From the human T2T-CHM13v2.0 reference genome, Homo sapiens, in NCBI RefSeq assembly GCF_009914755.1, contig NC_060925.1: a stretch of DNA of 64,000 nt; one strand, 5' to 3'. The notes under the pieces are model-generated. The model was not told the origin of the DNA and ran no database searches. It saw only the letters and a list, made by a program, of their open reading frames with translations. Both the position numbers and the translations under genes were made by a program. Positions 16,636-32,267 of the stretch are shown one piece after another; the first letter of the stretch is position 1, and each line of letters opens with the position of its first letter.

Positions 16636-17199
16636 CTAGAGGAGAGGGCAGGCAAGGTAAGGTGGAGACCTCCCTAACCTTCCGCTCAAAACTATCTTCC
16701 AAAAGGCACAGACAGACTTCCCCCTTTCCCAGTTTGAGAACACTCCCCTTCCTCCTCCATGCCCATATCTCACCATTTCTCCAGGCCAGAGGAAGGGAAA
16801 GGCATAAGGAGAAAAAAGAGTCTAGAAAGGGGTGGGGAGCACTATTGAATGTTGAGCAAATTAGAGATTTGACAATGATGAGGCCTGAAGGGGCCAGTGC
16901 AGGCCGCAGGGGTCCATCACAAGCACATCAGCGTGAGCATGTACGTGATCGATGAGGGGGAGGCAGACAGTTGGAGGGCATTTTATTCCTCAGAATAGGT
17001 GAACTGAGAGATTTCAAGGCCCTCTAGCTGAATGGAGACCAAACGCCAGGGCGGAGGCAGGGGAGTTCCCGAATGGCAGCACGGTGTGGGGACACGGAAA
17101 CTGGGAGTGCCTCCTCAGCTCTGGGGGCAGAGTCTGGGGCTATCCACCGTGGGGCGAATGCTCCTCATTCCATCACCGCCCAGTGAGGACACTGTCGGT

Positions 17200-17900
17200 C
17201 TTATGTGGACACAGCAACCCTGAGCGGCCTCCCCGCTGGCCCACTCATGCCTCAGTTTCCCCATCTCTTCCGCGAACGGAAAGGAATCATCTCAACAGCG
17301 GCTCAAATCTGCGCCTCACGGTCCGTTCGGGCCCCCGTAGCCGGAGTTGACCCTTCTTGACCCCCCTGTAGCCTAAACTGACTTCGCCTCACTAGAGTCT
17401 TCCTCTGTCCATCCCTCCCCCGCCCCACCCCCATTCCTATTCGGGCCGCACCTACACAGCCGCTCCCGGGCTTGGCTCTGAGCACTGAAGCGGACCCAGG
17501 CGTCCATGACAGCCGCAGCCCAGGCTCCGCGGCCCTGCTCCCGCCCCACTTCCCGCCCCTAGTCACGCCTACTGCGCGACCCAACGGTGCCTCGCGAGGG
17601 ACAAACAGTATCAGAAAAGAAAGCTTGGCCCTGGAAGCGGAATTTCAGGACGCGAAACTCGTGTCTTTTGAGCCTCCATCTGTGTATTACTGTGCGTGTC
17701 TGCGTCACAGCTTCCCCTTATCAGACGACCCCTACTCCCTAGCACGCCTCCAGCGGCACCTTCTTCTTTAAATATTCATGACCAAGGGCGGGGCCTGCAG
17801 GGGCCGGGGCGGGGCGAGAAAGCGCCGCAGTGATCTCCACGTCTTGGAGGCCGCCGGCATAGGTGTGCGCCTGGCAGAACCTCACAAATACACATGCACG
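17200..17900. promoter_or_regulatory. CpG-island bidirectional promoter PEX11B / GNRHR2
   Basis: High CpG; GC boxes near 17787 and 17807; TGCGTCA at 17701; palindrome CCTCGCGAGG at 17590; divergent ATGs at 17507 and 18211. Confidence 0.8.
17452..17507 (-). CDS. PEX11B: Peroxisomal biogenesis factor 11 beta exon 1 (MDAWVRFSAQSQARERLC)
   Basis: 56 nt, GT donor, CpG island; PEX11 N-terminus. Confidence 0.96.
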
Positions 17901-18210
17901 CAGGCCCCGACTGAATCCAGGGCTGTAGGGGCTAAAGAGGTCTAGGTCAGTAGAGGCCTGAAGCCCAGGCTGGTCTGTCCAAGGAAAAAGGAGCGTGATT
18001 GGTACCAGATCTTCGTTCCCTGCAGAACCTTGACAGTTGAACAAGTGACCTCCTCCAGAACAGATGGAGAGTCTCCAGAAGCAGAGGCTTTAGTGAACGA
18101 AATTCGCAATAATCAGCTCCAGATCCTGAAAAGGAGGGCGAAGAATCAGTGGCCAAAGCTAACCGCTTCATACCCACACTTCATCCTCCTCAGTTTCTCT
18201 CCAGGCCACC

Positions 18211-18719
18211 ATGTCTGCAGGCAACGGCACCCCTTGGGGTCAGCAGCGGGGGAGGAGGTCTGGGCTGGATCAGGAGTGGAGGTGGAGGGCTCAGAGCTGC
18301 CCACCTTCTCGGCAGCAGCCAAGGTCCGAGTGGGAGTGACCATTGTGCTGTTTGTTTCTTCGGCTGGAGGGAACCTGGCAGTCCTGTGGTCAGTGACACG
18401 GCGGGAACCCAGCCAGCTCCGCCCCTCTCCGGTCAGGAGACTCTTCATCCATTTAGCAGCCGCCGACTTACTAGTCACTTTTGTGGTTATGCCCCTAGAT
18501 GCCACCTGGAATATCACTGTTCAATGGCTGGCTGTGGACATCGCATGTCGGACACTGATGTTCCTGAAACTAATGGCCACGTATTCTGCAGCTTTCCTGC
18601 CTGTGGTCATTGGATTGGACCGCCAGGCAGCAGTACTCAACCCGCTTGGATCCCGTTCAGGTGTAAGGAAACTTCTGGGGGCAGCCTGGGGACTTAGTTT
18701 CCTGCTTGCCTTCCCCCAG
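18211..18719 (+). pseudogene. GNRHR2: Type II GnRH receptor exon 1 (TM1-TM4), with 1-nt frameshift in G-run 18236-18239
   Basis: Kozak GCCACCATG; MSAGNGTPWG frame reaches TGA at 18337-18339, while the GPCR frame (LPTFSAAAKVRV, HLAAADLLVTFVVMP, LDRQAAV) is shifted; CAG|GTGAGT donor. Confidence 0.95.
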
Positions 18720-18836
18720 GTGAGTGACCTAGGACTCAGGACCGGGCAGGACAGGGATTTGGGTCCATAGCATGAGTTAAAGGGTGCGCTTGGGGGCCAT
18801 TAGCCATTAATTCTCAGGGAGTAAGCCTCTGCTTGC

Positions 18837-19075
18837 TTTTTTTTTTTTTTGCCGGCTCACTGCAACCTCCGCCTCCCGGGTTCAAGCAATTCTCCTCCCT
18901 CAGCCTCCCGAGAAGCTACAGGCGCCCGCTACCATGCCCGGCTAATTTTTGTATTTTTAGTAGAGGCGAGGTTTCACCATGTTGGCCAGGTGGTCTCCAT
19001 CTCTTGACCTCATGATCCACCTGTCTCAGCCTCCCAAAGTGCTGAGATTACAGGCGTGAGCCACCGCACCCTGCT
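18837..19075 (-). mobile_element. Internally deleted AluS
   Basis: Alu motifs. Confidence 0.85.
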
Positions 19076-19139
19076 ACCTCTGCTCTCTCTTCTGTAAGAT
19101 TATTTGTATGTTAATTTACATCTGTTAAGAGCCTGCCTT

Positions 19140-19715
19140 TTCGATTCCTCAGGGATCTAGAACTAGAAATACCATTTGACCCAGCCATCCCATTACTGGG
19201 TATATACCCAAAGGACTATAAATCATGCTGCTATAAAGACACATGCACACATGTTTATTGCGGCACTATTCACAACAGCAAAGACTTGGAACCAACCCAA
19301 ATGTCTAATAATGATAGACTGGATTAAGAAAATGTGGCACATATACACCATGGAATACTATGCAGCCGTAAAAAATGATGAGTTCATGTCCTTTGTAGGG
19401 ACATGGATGAAATTGGAAATCATCATTCTCAGTAAACTATTGCAAGGACAAAAAACCAAACACCGCATGTTCTCACTCATAGATGGGAATTGAACAATGA
19501 GAACACATGGACACAGGAAGGGGAACATCACACTCTGGGGACTGTTGGGGGGTGGGGGGAGGGGGGAGGGATAGCATTAGGAGATATACCTAATGCTAAA
19601 TGACGAGTTAATGGGTGCAGCACACCAGCATGGCACATGTATACATATGTAACTAACCTGCACATTGTGCACATGTACCCTAAAACTTAAAGTATAATAA
19701 TAATAATAATAATAA
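19140..19715 (+). mobile_element. 5'-truncated L1 (L1PA3-like) 3' end, 13-bp TSD AAGAGCCTGCCTT
   Basis: ORF2 C-terminus (WIKKMWHIYTMEYYAA), G-rich 3'UTR, (TAA)n tail; TSD at 19127-19139 and 19716-19728; GACGAGTTAATGGG rather than L1HS-Ta ACA. Confidence 0.92.
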
Positions 19716-20753
19716 AAGAGCCTGCCTTGTAAAAACAGTATCCTCTATCTGTGCCTCTTCCATTACATCTGTTTTATTACACGTGGTTTCTACCTCTTTG
19801 CATCCTCCCAATCTCACCTCCTTCAGATTGGGGCAGGGAAGAAAAACATACATGGGGATCTATTAAGAGAGTGAAGTCAGTGGTTTGGGTAAAACTTTGT
19901 GGTACATTTCATTTATCCATTCAAAAAGTAATATGCATCTCCAGCGCCACTCAAATTTTGCTAAGGACAGGGCAGCAAAATCCTGCCTTCAAGAAATGTA
20001 TAGACTACTGCAAGAAACAAAGAAATTAGGCAATTACAATATAGTGTATTCAAAAGTGTTATGCTAAAGGAGCTAAAGAAGACAATGGGGGTGGGGAGTG
20101 GATAGGGGTGTCTGACACAGCCGTGCAGTCAGGAAAAGCTTTCCAGATGTTAAAATTTGATTCTTCAGAGATAGGTGTTAGACCAATTAAAATAGGAGAA
20201 ATGCTAGGGAGGATGGAGGATAGAGGATCTCAATGCTACTAAAGCTGAGGACTAGAAAATGGTGAGTAATGAACTGAGAGGGGAAGAGCAAGCCAGATCA
20301 CAAATAATAAAATTGTACTTTATTCTGAGTGCAGTGGAGAGACACTAAAGTAAAAAGAGAGTGACATAACCAAATTTGTGTTTTTTACTGACTTTATTGT
20401 CGAATGAGTGTTAAAATTGCAAAGAGGCGAGCATCTGAACCTGAGTACTAGGTTAATCAAATCTCAAATCCAATCCAATACTGAAAAGGAACTAGAAATC
20501 TAGAGGGGGAAAAGCTAAATACAAAGCAATTCCTTCAAGGCAAAAACCACTATCACTATCATGGGGTTGGGGGGCAGGATACAACAGCATCTCTGAGACT
20601 GTAGGATTAGAATTATGTCAGAAGGAGGCCAAGAAGGGTCTAGGATTTATCTCTGGAATGACAATGCATTATACTGATTTAAGATTTGATCCTTACTTAC
20701 ATCCTCAATTATTAGAAATATAACTACTAGAAGTTAGTCTGACTATACTCCTA

Positions 20754-21038
<285 letters not shown>

Positions 21039-21744
21039 TTGGGGGTGGGGTGGGGGGGAAAGAGAAAAATAATACTTCTAATATGTTGCAAACAAGACCT
21101 TTACCAATCCAAGTGTTAAAAAGAAGCCTGTTGCTACAGTGCCATTTACAATTAGGTTTGTTTATATGAAGCAAATTTTACATGTGGACTGGGAATTAGA
21201 AGACTTTTTGTTTCAGTCTGCCTGTTTTACTTTGTTTTTTTCTGAGTCTCGGCTCTACTGCTAACTAGCTATATGATTTTGGCTAAGGCACTTGAAATCC
21301 ATGGGCCACAAGATGATGCAATGGGAAATGAATTTCATCCTTTCTTACAGCCTGACAATCTGACAATATTTGCAACCTCTATTTGTTTCAATGGCAAACT
21401 GGTTGTGACATGATACATGTGCGAAAGGTGATTTTTTTTGTTCCAAATTAGTATCCTTTTAGGTAAATTCTGTATTGCCCATATGCTGTAATTGTAGTTA
21501 AAATATTAGTGTTAATAAAATAAAAAATTTAATAATGTCACGTTAGAGTGGTAAGGGCTTAGGGGTAGTTATAGGTAGTATTAGGAGTAGTTAGAAATTA
21601 CTTATTTTTGTAGGCTTGTTTCCAAGTTATCAGCAGTTGAAAGGGATGTTTCTACAGTACGTGGTAAATGGCAATAAAACAGGATAAAGGAAAGATCAAA
21701 ACAAGGCTGTGGACCAAACTATAAATCCAAGAGCTTTGATTATT

Positions 21745-22048
21745 ATTTTTTTTTTTTTTGGAGACAGTCTTACTCTGTCGCCCAGGCTGGAGTGCAATGG
21801 CGCAATCTCTGCTCACTGCAAGCTCCGCCTCCTGGGTTCAGGTCATTCTCCTGCCTCAGCCTCCCGAGTTCCCAAGTAGCTGGGACTACAGGCACCTACC
21901 ACCACGCCCGGCTAGTTTTTTGTATCTTTAGTACAGACAGGGTTTCACTGTGTTAGCCAGGATGGTCTCCATCTCCTAACCTCGTGATCCGCCCGCCTCA
22001 GCCTCCCAAAGTGCTGGGATTACAGGCGTGAGCCACCGCGCCCAGCCA
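21745..22048 (-). mobile_element. AluY/Sc-like element
   Basis: Alu motifs; TSD agctttga(t/c)tatt. Confidence 0.9.
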
Positions 22049-22488
22049 GCTTTGACTATTTTTATACTCCTCACAATTCTCAAGCACTTCTTAGGCAGAG
22101 CACAAAAACAAAAACAAAAAAAAAAACTTAGAAATATATGAATGCAAGAGATGGGAAGAGGAAAGACCATTTCCCAACTAGCTCAGAGTAGCCTGATCGT
22201 AACTCCAAACAGTTCACAAAATTCTCTTAGGCTGAAACTATTCATCTTTCCTAAATGTCCCTCATGTCTGCTAAAATCACTTTCCCAAATGCCTTGTATC
22301 TAGGAATCTGATGCCTACTGAGCTTACCTTTTATCAAATTAATAGTGACTCAATCTCCATTACTGGAAAGCAGGCACTTTAACCTTGTAGCTCTAAACAG
22401 AAATAGTTTTTACTGATTCAGTTGGAAAACCCAGCAATTTAACAAAAAGGGGGAGGGGCAGCCCAATAGCATTTGGAAAATGTTAAAT

Positions 22489-22494
22489 TTTATT
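22489..22494 (-). terminator. RBM8A: Candidate RBM8A distal poly(A) signal AATAAA
   Basis: Canonical hexamer beyond GNRHR2 exon 2; a further candidate lies at 20393-20398. Confidence 0.5.
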
Positions 22495-22973
22495 ATTTAA
22501 CATTCTTTACCATTATAGTTACTGCACATAAGACTATTACTACTAAAGGTCACTTCAGAGTCCCTGCAAAATGGCCTGGAATTTTGGCAGCACCCATTTT
22601 ACACAATATTTCTTTTTCCACAAAATAACAGACATACCAGGAAAATCATTTCAGCTAAAAATATGAGTGAGGTGGTAGAAATATCATCCCTTATAAAGCG
22701 CAATGTTAGAATAGTACTTGAGAAAGCAGGATTGTTTTAAGTTCCAAGATTTAACAAACTTACTGTTCAGCATCATATTCAAGCCTAAAAGGAAGATAGG
22801 ATTTTCAAGATATATTTCCAACTTCTTTAACATGGCACCATGGATGAACTGTTTCTCAGCACTGTGCTGCTTCACTTGGAATTAAGGATGAATTGGGAGG
22901 AGACAGTATGACATAGGTGGGTAGGTTGGGTGGTGAGGGGAACCAGTTCTAATAGTCCTCAACTCCACTCCAG

Positions 22974-23184
22974 CTGTTCCTGTTCCACACGGTCCACTGA
23001 GCTGGCCCAGTCCCTTTCACTCAGTGTGTCACCAAAGGCAGCTTCAAGGCTCAATGGCAAGAGACCACCTATAACCTCTTCACCTTCTGCTGCCTCTTTC
23101 TGCTGCCACTGACTGCCATGGCCATCTGCTATAGCCGCATTGTCCTCAGTGTGTCCAGGCCCCAGACAAGGAAGGGGAGCCATG
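22974..23184 (+). pseudogene. GNRHR2: GNRHR2 exon 2 (ECL2-TM5) with in-frame TGA at 22998-23000
   Basis: LFLFHTVH*AGPVPFTQCVTKGSF...YNLFTFCCLFLLPL; AG/GT boundaries. Confidence 0.95.
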
Positions 23185-23633
23185 GTGAGACTCCAATTCC
23201 CAGGCCTTAATCCTTAACCCTAGACCTGTTGCCTCTAGCATCATTTATTTATCTACCTACCTAATAGCTATCTACCAGTCACTAAACCATGGTGAGATTC
23301 TAACCATGTCTAGCACCTGATGCTAGAGATAATTTTGTTGAATCCCTTCAATTATAAACAGCTGAGTTAGCTGGACAAGGACTAGGGAGGCAATCAGTAT
23401 TATTTATTCTTGAACACCATCAAGTCTAGACTTGGTGGCTTCATATTTCTATCATAATCCCTGGGGGTAAGAAATCATATAGTCCCAGGTTGGGAAGGGG
23501 AAAACGGTTTGCAACATTCTCCTCCTTGTAGGAGGCGAGCTCTGTCTCACTAGCTATGCCCCTCCATCAATTCACCCTATACTCAGATCAGAAGCTGAGT
23601 GTCTGAATTACAGTATATTTTCTAAATTCCTAG

Positions 23634-24052
23634 CCCCTGCTGGTGAATTTGCCCTCCCCCGCTCCTTTGACAATTGTCCCCGTGTTCGTCTCCGGGCCCT
23701 GAGACTGGCCCTGCTTATCTTGCTGACCTTCATCCTCTGCTGGACACCTTATTACCTACTGGGTATGTGGTACTGGTTCTCCCCCACCATGCTAACTGAA
23801 GTCCCTCCCAGCCTGAGCCACATCCTTTTCCTCTTGGGCCTCCTCAATGCTCCTTTGGATCCTCTCCTCTATGGGGCCTTCACCCTTGGCTGCCGAAGAG
23901 GGCACCAAGAACTTAGTATAGACTCTTCTAAAGAAGGGTCTGGGAGAATGCTCCAAGAGGAGATTCATGCCTTTAGACAGCTGGAAGTACAAAAAACTGT
24001 GACATCAAGAAGGGCAGGAGAAACAAAAGGCATTTCTATAACATCTATCTGA
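23634..24052 (+). pseudogene. GNRHR2: GNRHR2 exon 3 (TM6-TM7 plus cytoplasmic tail)
   Basis: CWTPYY and LDPLLYG motifs; C-tail present, characteristic of type II receptors. Confidence 0.95.
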
Positions 24053-24227
24053 TCCTAACAGAGTATGTAGGAACAGAATAGTAAGTCTTTAGTGCCATAA
24101 GATCTTAACATCTCACTTCTACTCCTGCTCTCCTAGTTCCCCCCAAAAAAGAAATACTGACCAGTGTCTCTACTTTAAACCCTACCTGAAACTTGAGACT
24201 ATGTCTAATATAGAAACTCACATAACT

Positions 24228-24440
<213 letters not shown>

Positions 24441-24561
24441 ATACATAGAGTTCAGTCCCTAGAAGTATCTTCACAATGATCCATACAGCCTTGCTATGCT
24501 TTAGAACTTTCAATTTTAGGACAGGAAAGTAACATTAAATGTAGAAAACAAAAATGGAACA

Positions 24562-24567
24562 TTTATT
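24562..24567 (-). terminator. RBM8A: RBM8A proximal poly(A) signal AATAAA
   Basis: About 135 nt after the stop, U-rich downstream. Confidence 0.7.
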
Positions 24568-24700
24568 CGCAACTCAAATACTACGCATATACGGTAAGAG
24601 ATTAAATATAAACACAGCAAGTTCCACCCCAGTCCTATTTGTCCAAGGCTGCATGGTCAAATGGAATCTTGAAGAGAACACCTGGACAACAGAGGACCTG

Positions 24701-24746
24701 TCAGCGACGTCTCCGGTCTGGACTTCTGCTGCGTCTTCGGCCACCT
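24701..24746 (-). CDS. RBM8A: RBM8A exon 6 (GGRRRSRSPDRRRR*)
   Basis: 46 nt; total 525 nt = 174 aa + stop. Confidence 0.96.
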
Positions 24747-24858
24747 CTAGGGAAAAAGAAGCAGGGAGAGGAGTCCATTAGAGGGACATAATACTAAGTC
24801 CTCATTCTGTTTCGTTCGTATTCCCTTCACCCAGACAGTATTTGCCCTCTTCATTTTA

Positions 24859-25065
<207 letters not shown>

Positions 25066-25300
25066 TCAAATCTAAACTCAGAAAAATCTACACACTTTAA
25101 ACAATGAATGTACATCATATATCTCTACTGTATATATACATCATCTCCGTTTCTGTCTCTTTGGCGTGTCTGACAAAACATAGATTTCCAATGTCATTTT
25201 ATTTCAACTTTGCTCTTGGCCAACCACAGCAAACACAGAACTACGAATGCTACCTAAGGCTTATGAAAGAAAGGAGGCAATAAAGTGTCACTTAGGATAC

Positions 25301-25437
25301 CTTCAGATATCCTGTTCGCCTGTCGAGGTTGAGATGAATGTTTTTAATTTCCCCATATTCTGCGAATTTGTCGTGTATGTCTTCTTCGGTGGCTTCCTCA
25401 TGGACTCCAGTTACAAAGAGAATCCAGCCTTCAACAG
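25301..25437 (-). CDS. RBM8A: RBM8A exon 4 (RRM, RNP2 ILFVTGV)
   Basis: 137 nt, in phase. Confidence 0.96.
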
Positions 25438-25627
25438 CTGTTGGGGGACGGGGGGAAGTTGTATGAGTACATGAGAGACACTTTAAGCAGGCTCACAGGA
25501 ATAGAGTGAGTGCGGACTCAGATTGTTTAAGCTATCTCTGAACCCATTCCTACTGCGTTTAACTATTTTATTGGTTTCTAACTACTACCACAGACACGGA
25601 TACCTCACAGGTTCCATTATTACTCAC

Positions 25628-25705
25628 AGCGTTGTGGTCCGGGTTCATCGCCATCCTGCTCCACGCTGTCATAATCCTCACGCATCCGCGCTCGGGACCC
25701 CTCTT
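25628..25705 (-). CDS. RBM8A: RBM8A exon 3 (NAGNAG acceptor)
   Basis: 78 nt; acceptor TAG AAG. Confidence 0.95.
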
Positions 25706-25836
25706 CTATAAGGGACATACACGAGATCACCGAAAACTCCTCCTTTCTCCCATTGTTCCTATGAGGTGGGTGGGGACTCCAAAACCCGTAGCTCCTGCCC
25801 TACTAGGCCACTCTACCCCATTTTCCCCACACTCAC

Positions 25837-25896
25837 CGGAGCCAAAGCCGCGACCCTTCCGTTTCTTCGCTTTTTCTTTCAGTTTGTGAATGCTCT
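25837..25896 (-). CDS. RBM8A: RBM8A exon 2 (SIHKLKEKAKKRKGRGFGS)
   Basis: 60 nt, in phase. Confidence 0.96.
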
Positions 25897-26178
25897 CTGG
25901 AACCCCAGAAGATAAAAGAATAAGTAACTATGACAGTCATTTGTAACAATCGTCTCTTTCCCAATACACTACCAGCAAGCCGACCCACACCGCCTCCAGT
26001 CTTAGTGCCTTCCCGGTCACGCCCTCCCTTCTCCTGAAGGGGGCGGAATCTCTAATCCACCCAAGACCCGGTTCCTCGATTCCCATCCTTACGACCGAGG
26101 AAAAAAGAGTAAATTTTCCTATTATAGCCTTCTCTCGCACCTTCCCCGCTTCCCACCAGCCGTCTCCACTGTCCTCAC

Positions 26179-26245
26179 CGTCCCCATCCTCATCCATGGC
26201 GAAATCTTCGCCCCCAGCCTCGTGAAGATCTAGCACGTCCGCCAT
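26179..26245 (-). CDS. RBM8A: RNA-binding protein 8A (Y14, EJC core) exon 1
   Basis: MADVLDLHEAGGEDFAMDEDGD, 67 nt, GTGAG donor. Confidence 0.97.
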
Positions 26246-26560
26246 CTCGCCTTCGATCGAGATCTCGTCTGTGCCGCTCAGACACTAGGTACCTCGGGAA
26301 ACTGTCGCAGAGGGGAAAGGTCGCCAGTCAAGCTGACCAATCAAAGGCTAACTCTAAATCCCTCCCTCTGCACGGTAAAAACACGCAAATTGGGGCGGGC
26401 CTAGTGCGGAAAGATACCGGAAGTGTTTCTGTGGCCATCTTGAACAGATCGCAAGCTAAATCATCCATCTTAGGAGGTACAGACTACAGGGGGCCGTGGC
26501 TTCCTCTTAACCGCGGCAGCTGCTGATAAATACTGTACTATTAACAGTGAGGCCCGGCGT
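26246..26560. promoter_or_regulatory. RBM8A: RBM8A CpG promoter/5'UTR: CCAAT, GC box, ETS (CCGGAAGTG 26417-26425), YY1 (GCCATCTTG 26434-26442)
   Basis: Motifs read directly; typical housekeeping, often bidirectional, promoter. Confidence 0.75.
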
Positions 26561-26841
26561 AATTTCCTTATTAGAGGGCTTCTTTACGTCTCTTCATCCC
26601 AAACTGGGAAATGGTAATTGAAGAAACCCTTTTCTTTCAAAAATCCCAGGCCTGTACCCTGTCTTTAGGCAGCGTGGTGTATGATAGGAGCGTTTTTAAA
26701 AAATAGTTTGATCAGCAGTGAGGGCATAAAGAGCTGCTTCTGGAACCTGCAGCACCAAATTTCTCTTCAGGAAACTAACAGACTTGGTTGCAATACGGTT
26801 GGTGAGACAGATATCAATTTTTTTTTTTAATATAAAACTCC

Positions 26842-31178
<4,337 letters not shown>

Positions 31179-31232
31179 TAAAAATTCTTCTTTAGTATAT
31201 ATGTAAAAGAACAGGGATGTTTTAGAGCTTCT

Positions 31233-32201
31233 TGTGGGGAAAAGAAAGGGAGACCAGATTGTTACTGTGTCTGTGTAGAAAGAAGTAGACATAGGAGGCT
31301 CCATTTTGTTCTGTACTAAGAAAAATTCTTCTGCATTGAGATGCTGTTAATCTGTAACACTACCCCCAACCCTGTGCTCCCTGAAACACGTGCTGTGTCA
31401 ACTCAGGGTTAAATGGATTAAGGGCTGTGCAGGGTGTGCTTTGTTAAACAAATGCTTGAAGGTAGCATGCTTGTTAAGAGTCATCACCACTCCCTAATCT
31501 CAAACCACTTCCTAATCTCAAGTACCCAGAGACACAAACCACTGAGGAAGGCCGCAGGGATCTCTGCCTAGGAAAGCCAGGTATTGTCCAAGGTTTCTCC
31601 CCATGTGATAGCCTGAGATATGGCCTCGTGGGAAGGGAAAGACCTGACCGTCCCCCAGCCCGACACCCGTAAAGGGTCTGTGCTGAGGAGGATTAGTAAA
31701 AGAGGAAGTAACACCTCCTTGCGGTTGAGACAAGAGGAAGGCATCTGTCTCCTGCTCGTCCCTGGGCAATGGAATGTCTCGGTGTAAAACCTGATTGTAT
31801 ATTCCATCTACTGAGATAGGGGAAAGCCACCTTAGGGCTGGAGGTGGGACATGCGGGCAGCAATACTGCTCTTTAAGGCATTGAGATGTTTATGTGTATA
31901 CATATCCAAAGCACAGCACTTAATTCTTTACCTTGTTTATGATGCAGAGACCTTTGTTCACGTGTTTACCTGCTGACCTTCTCTCCACTATTATCCTATG
32001 ATCCTGCCACATCCCCCTCTCCGGGAAACGCCCAATAATGATCAATAAATACTAAGGGAACTCAGAGGCTGGCGTGGATCCTCCGTATACTGAACGCTGG
32101 TCAGCTGGGCCCAGTTTTCTTTCTCTATACTTTGTCTCTGTGTCTCTTGTTCCACCTAACGAGAAACGCCCACAGGTGTGGAGGGGCAACCCACCCCTTC
32201 A
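31233..32201 (+). mobile_element. HERV-K(HML-2) solo LTR (LTR5 family, probably older LTR5A/B)
   Basis: Starts TGTGGGGAAAAG, ends CACCCCTTCA, 969 bp; AATAAA at 32044; degenerate TSD CTTCT/CTTTT. Confidence 0.92.
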
Positions 32202-32261
32202 CTTTTGTAATATATAGGTCTCAAGAAAGAGTCAGTCTGGCTCACTAGACAAAAATCTATT

Positions 32262-32267
32262 TTTAAT
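32262..32267 (-). terminator. LIX1L: Candidate LIX1L poly(A) signal ATTAAA (about 2.9-kb 3'UTR)
   Basis: ATTAAA in AU-rich context just before the LTR; alternative AATAAA near 32800. Confidence 0.55.

Noticed and set aside
19176-19493. 105-aa ORF
   Set aside because: Frame-disrupted C-terminal fragment of L1 ORF2
21490-21610. C-poor, strand-skewed tract suggestive of a NUMT
   Set aside because: No recognisable mitochondrial gene or tRNA; cannot be supported without BLAST
22998-23006. GNRHR2 TGA as selenocysteine or programmed readthrough
   Set aside because: Context is UGA-GCU, not the UGA-CUAG readthrough motif; I could not identify a SECIS by eye, and a SECIS search would be needed
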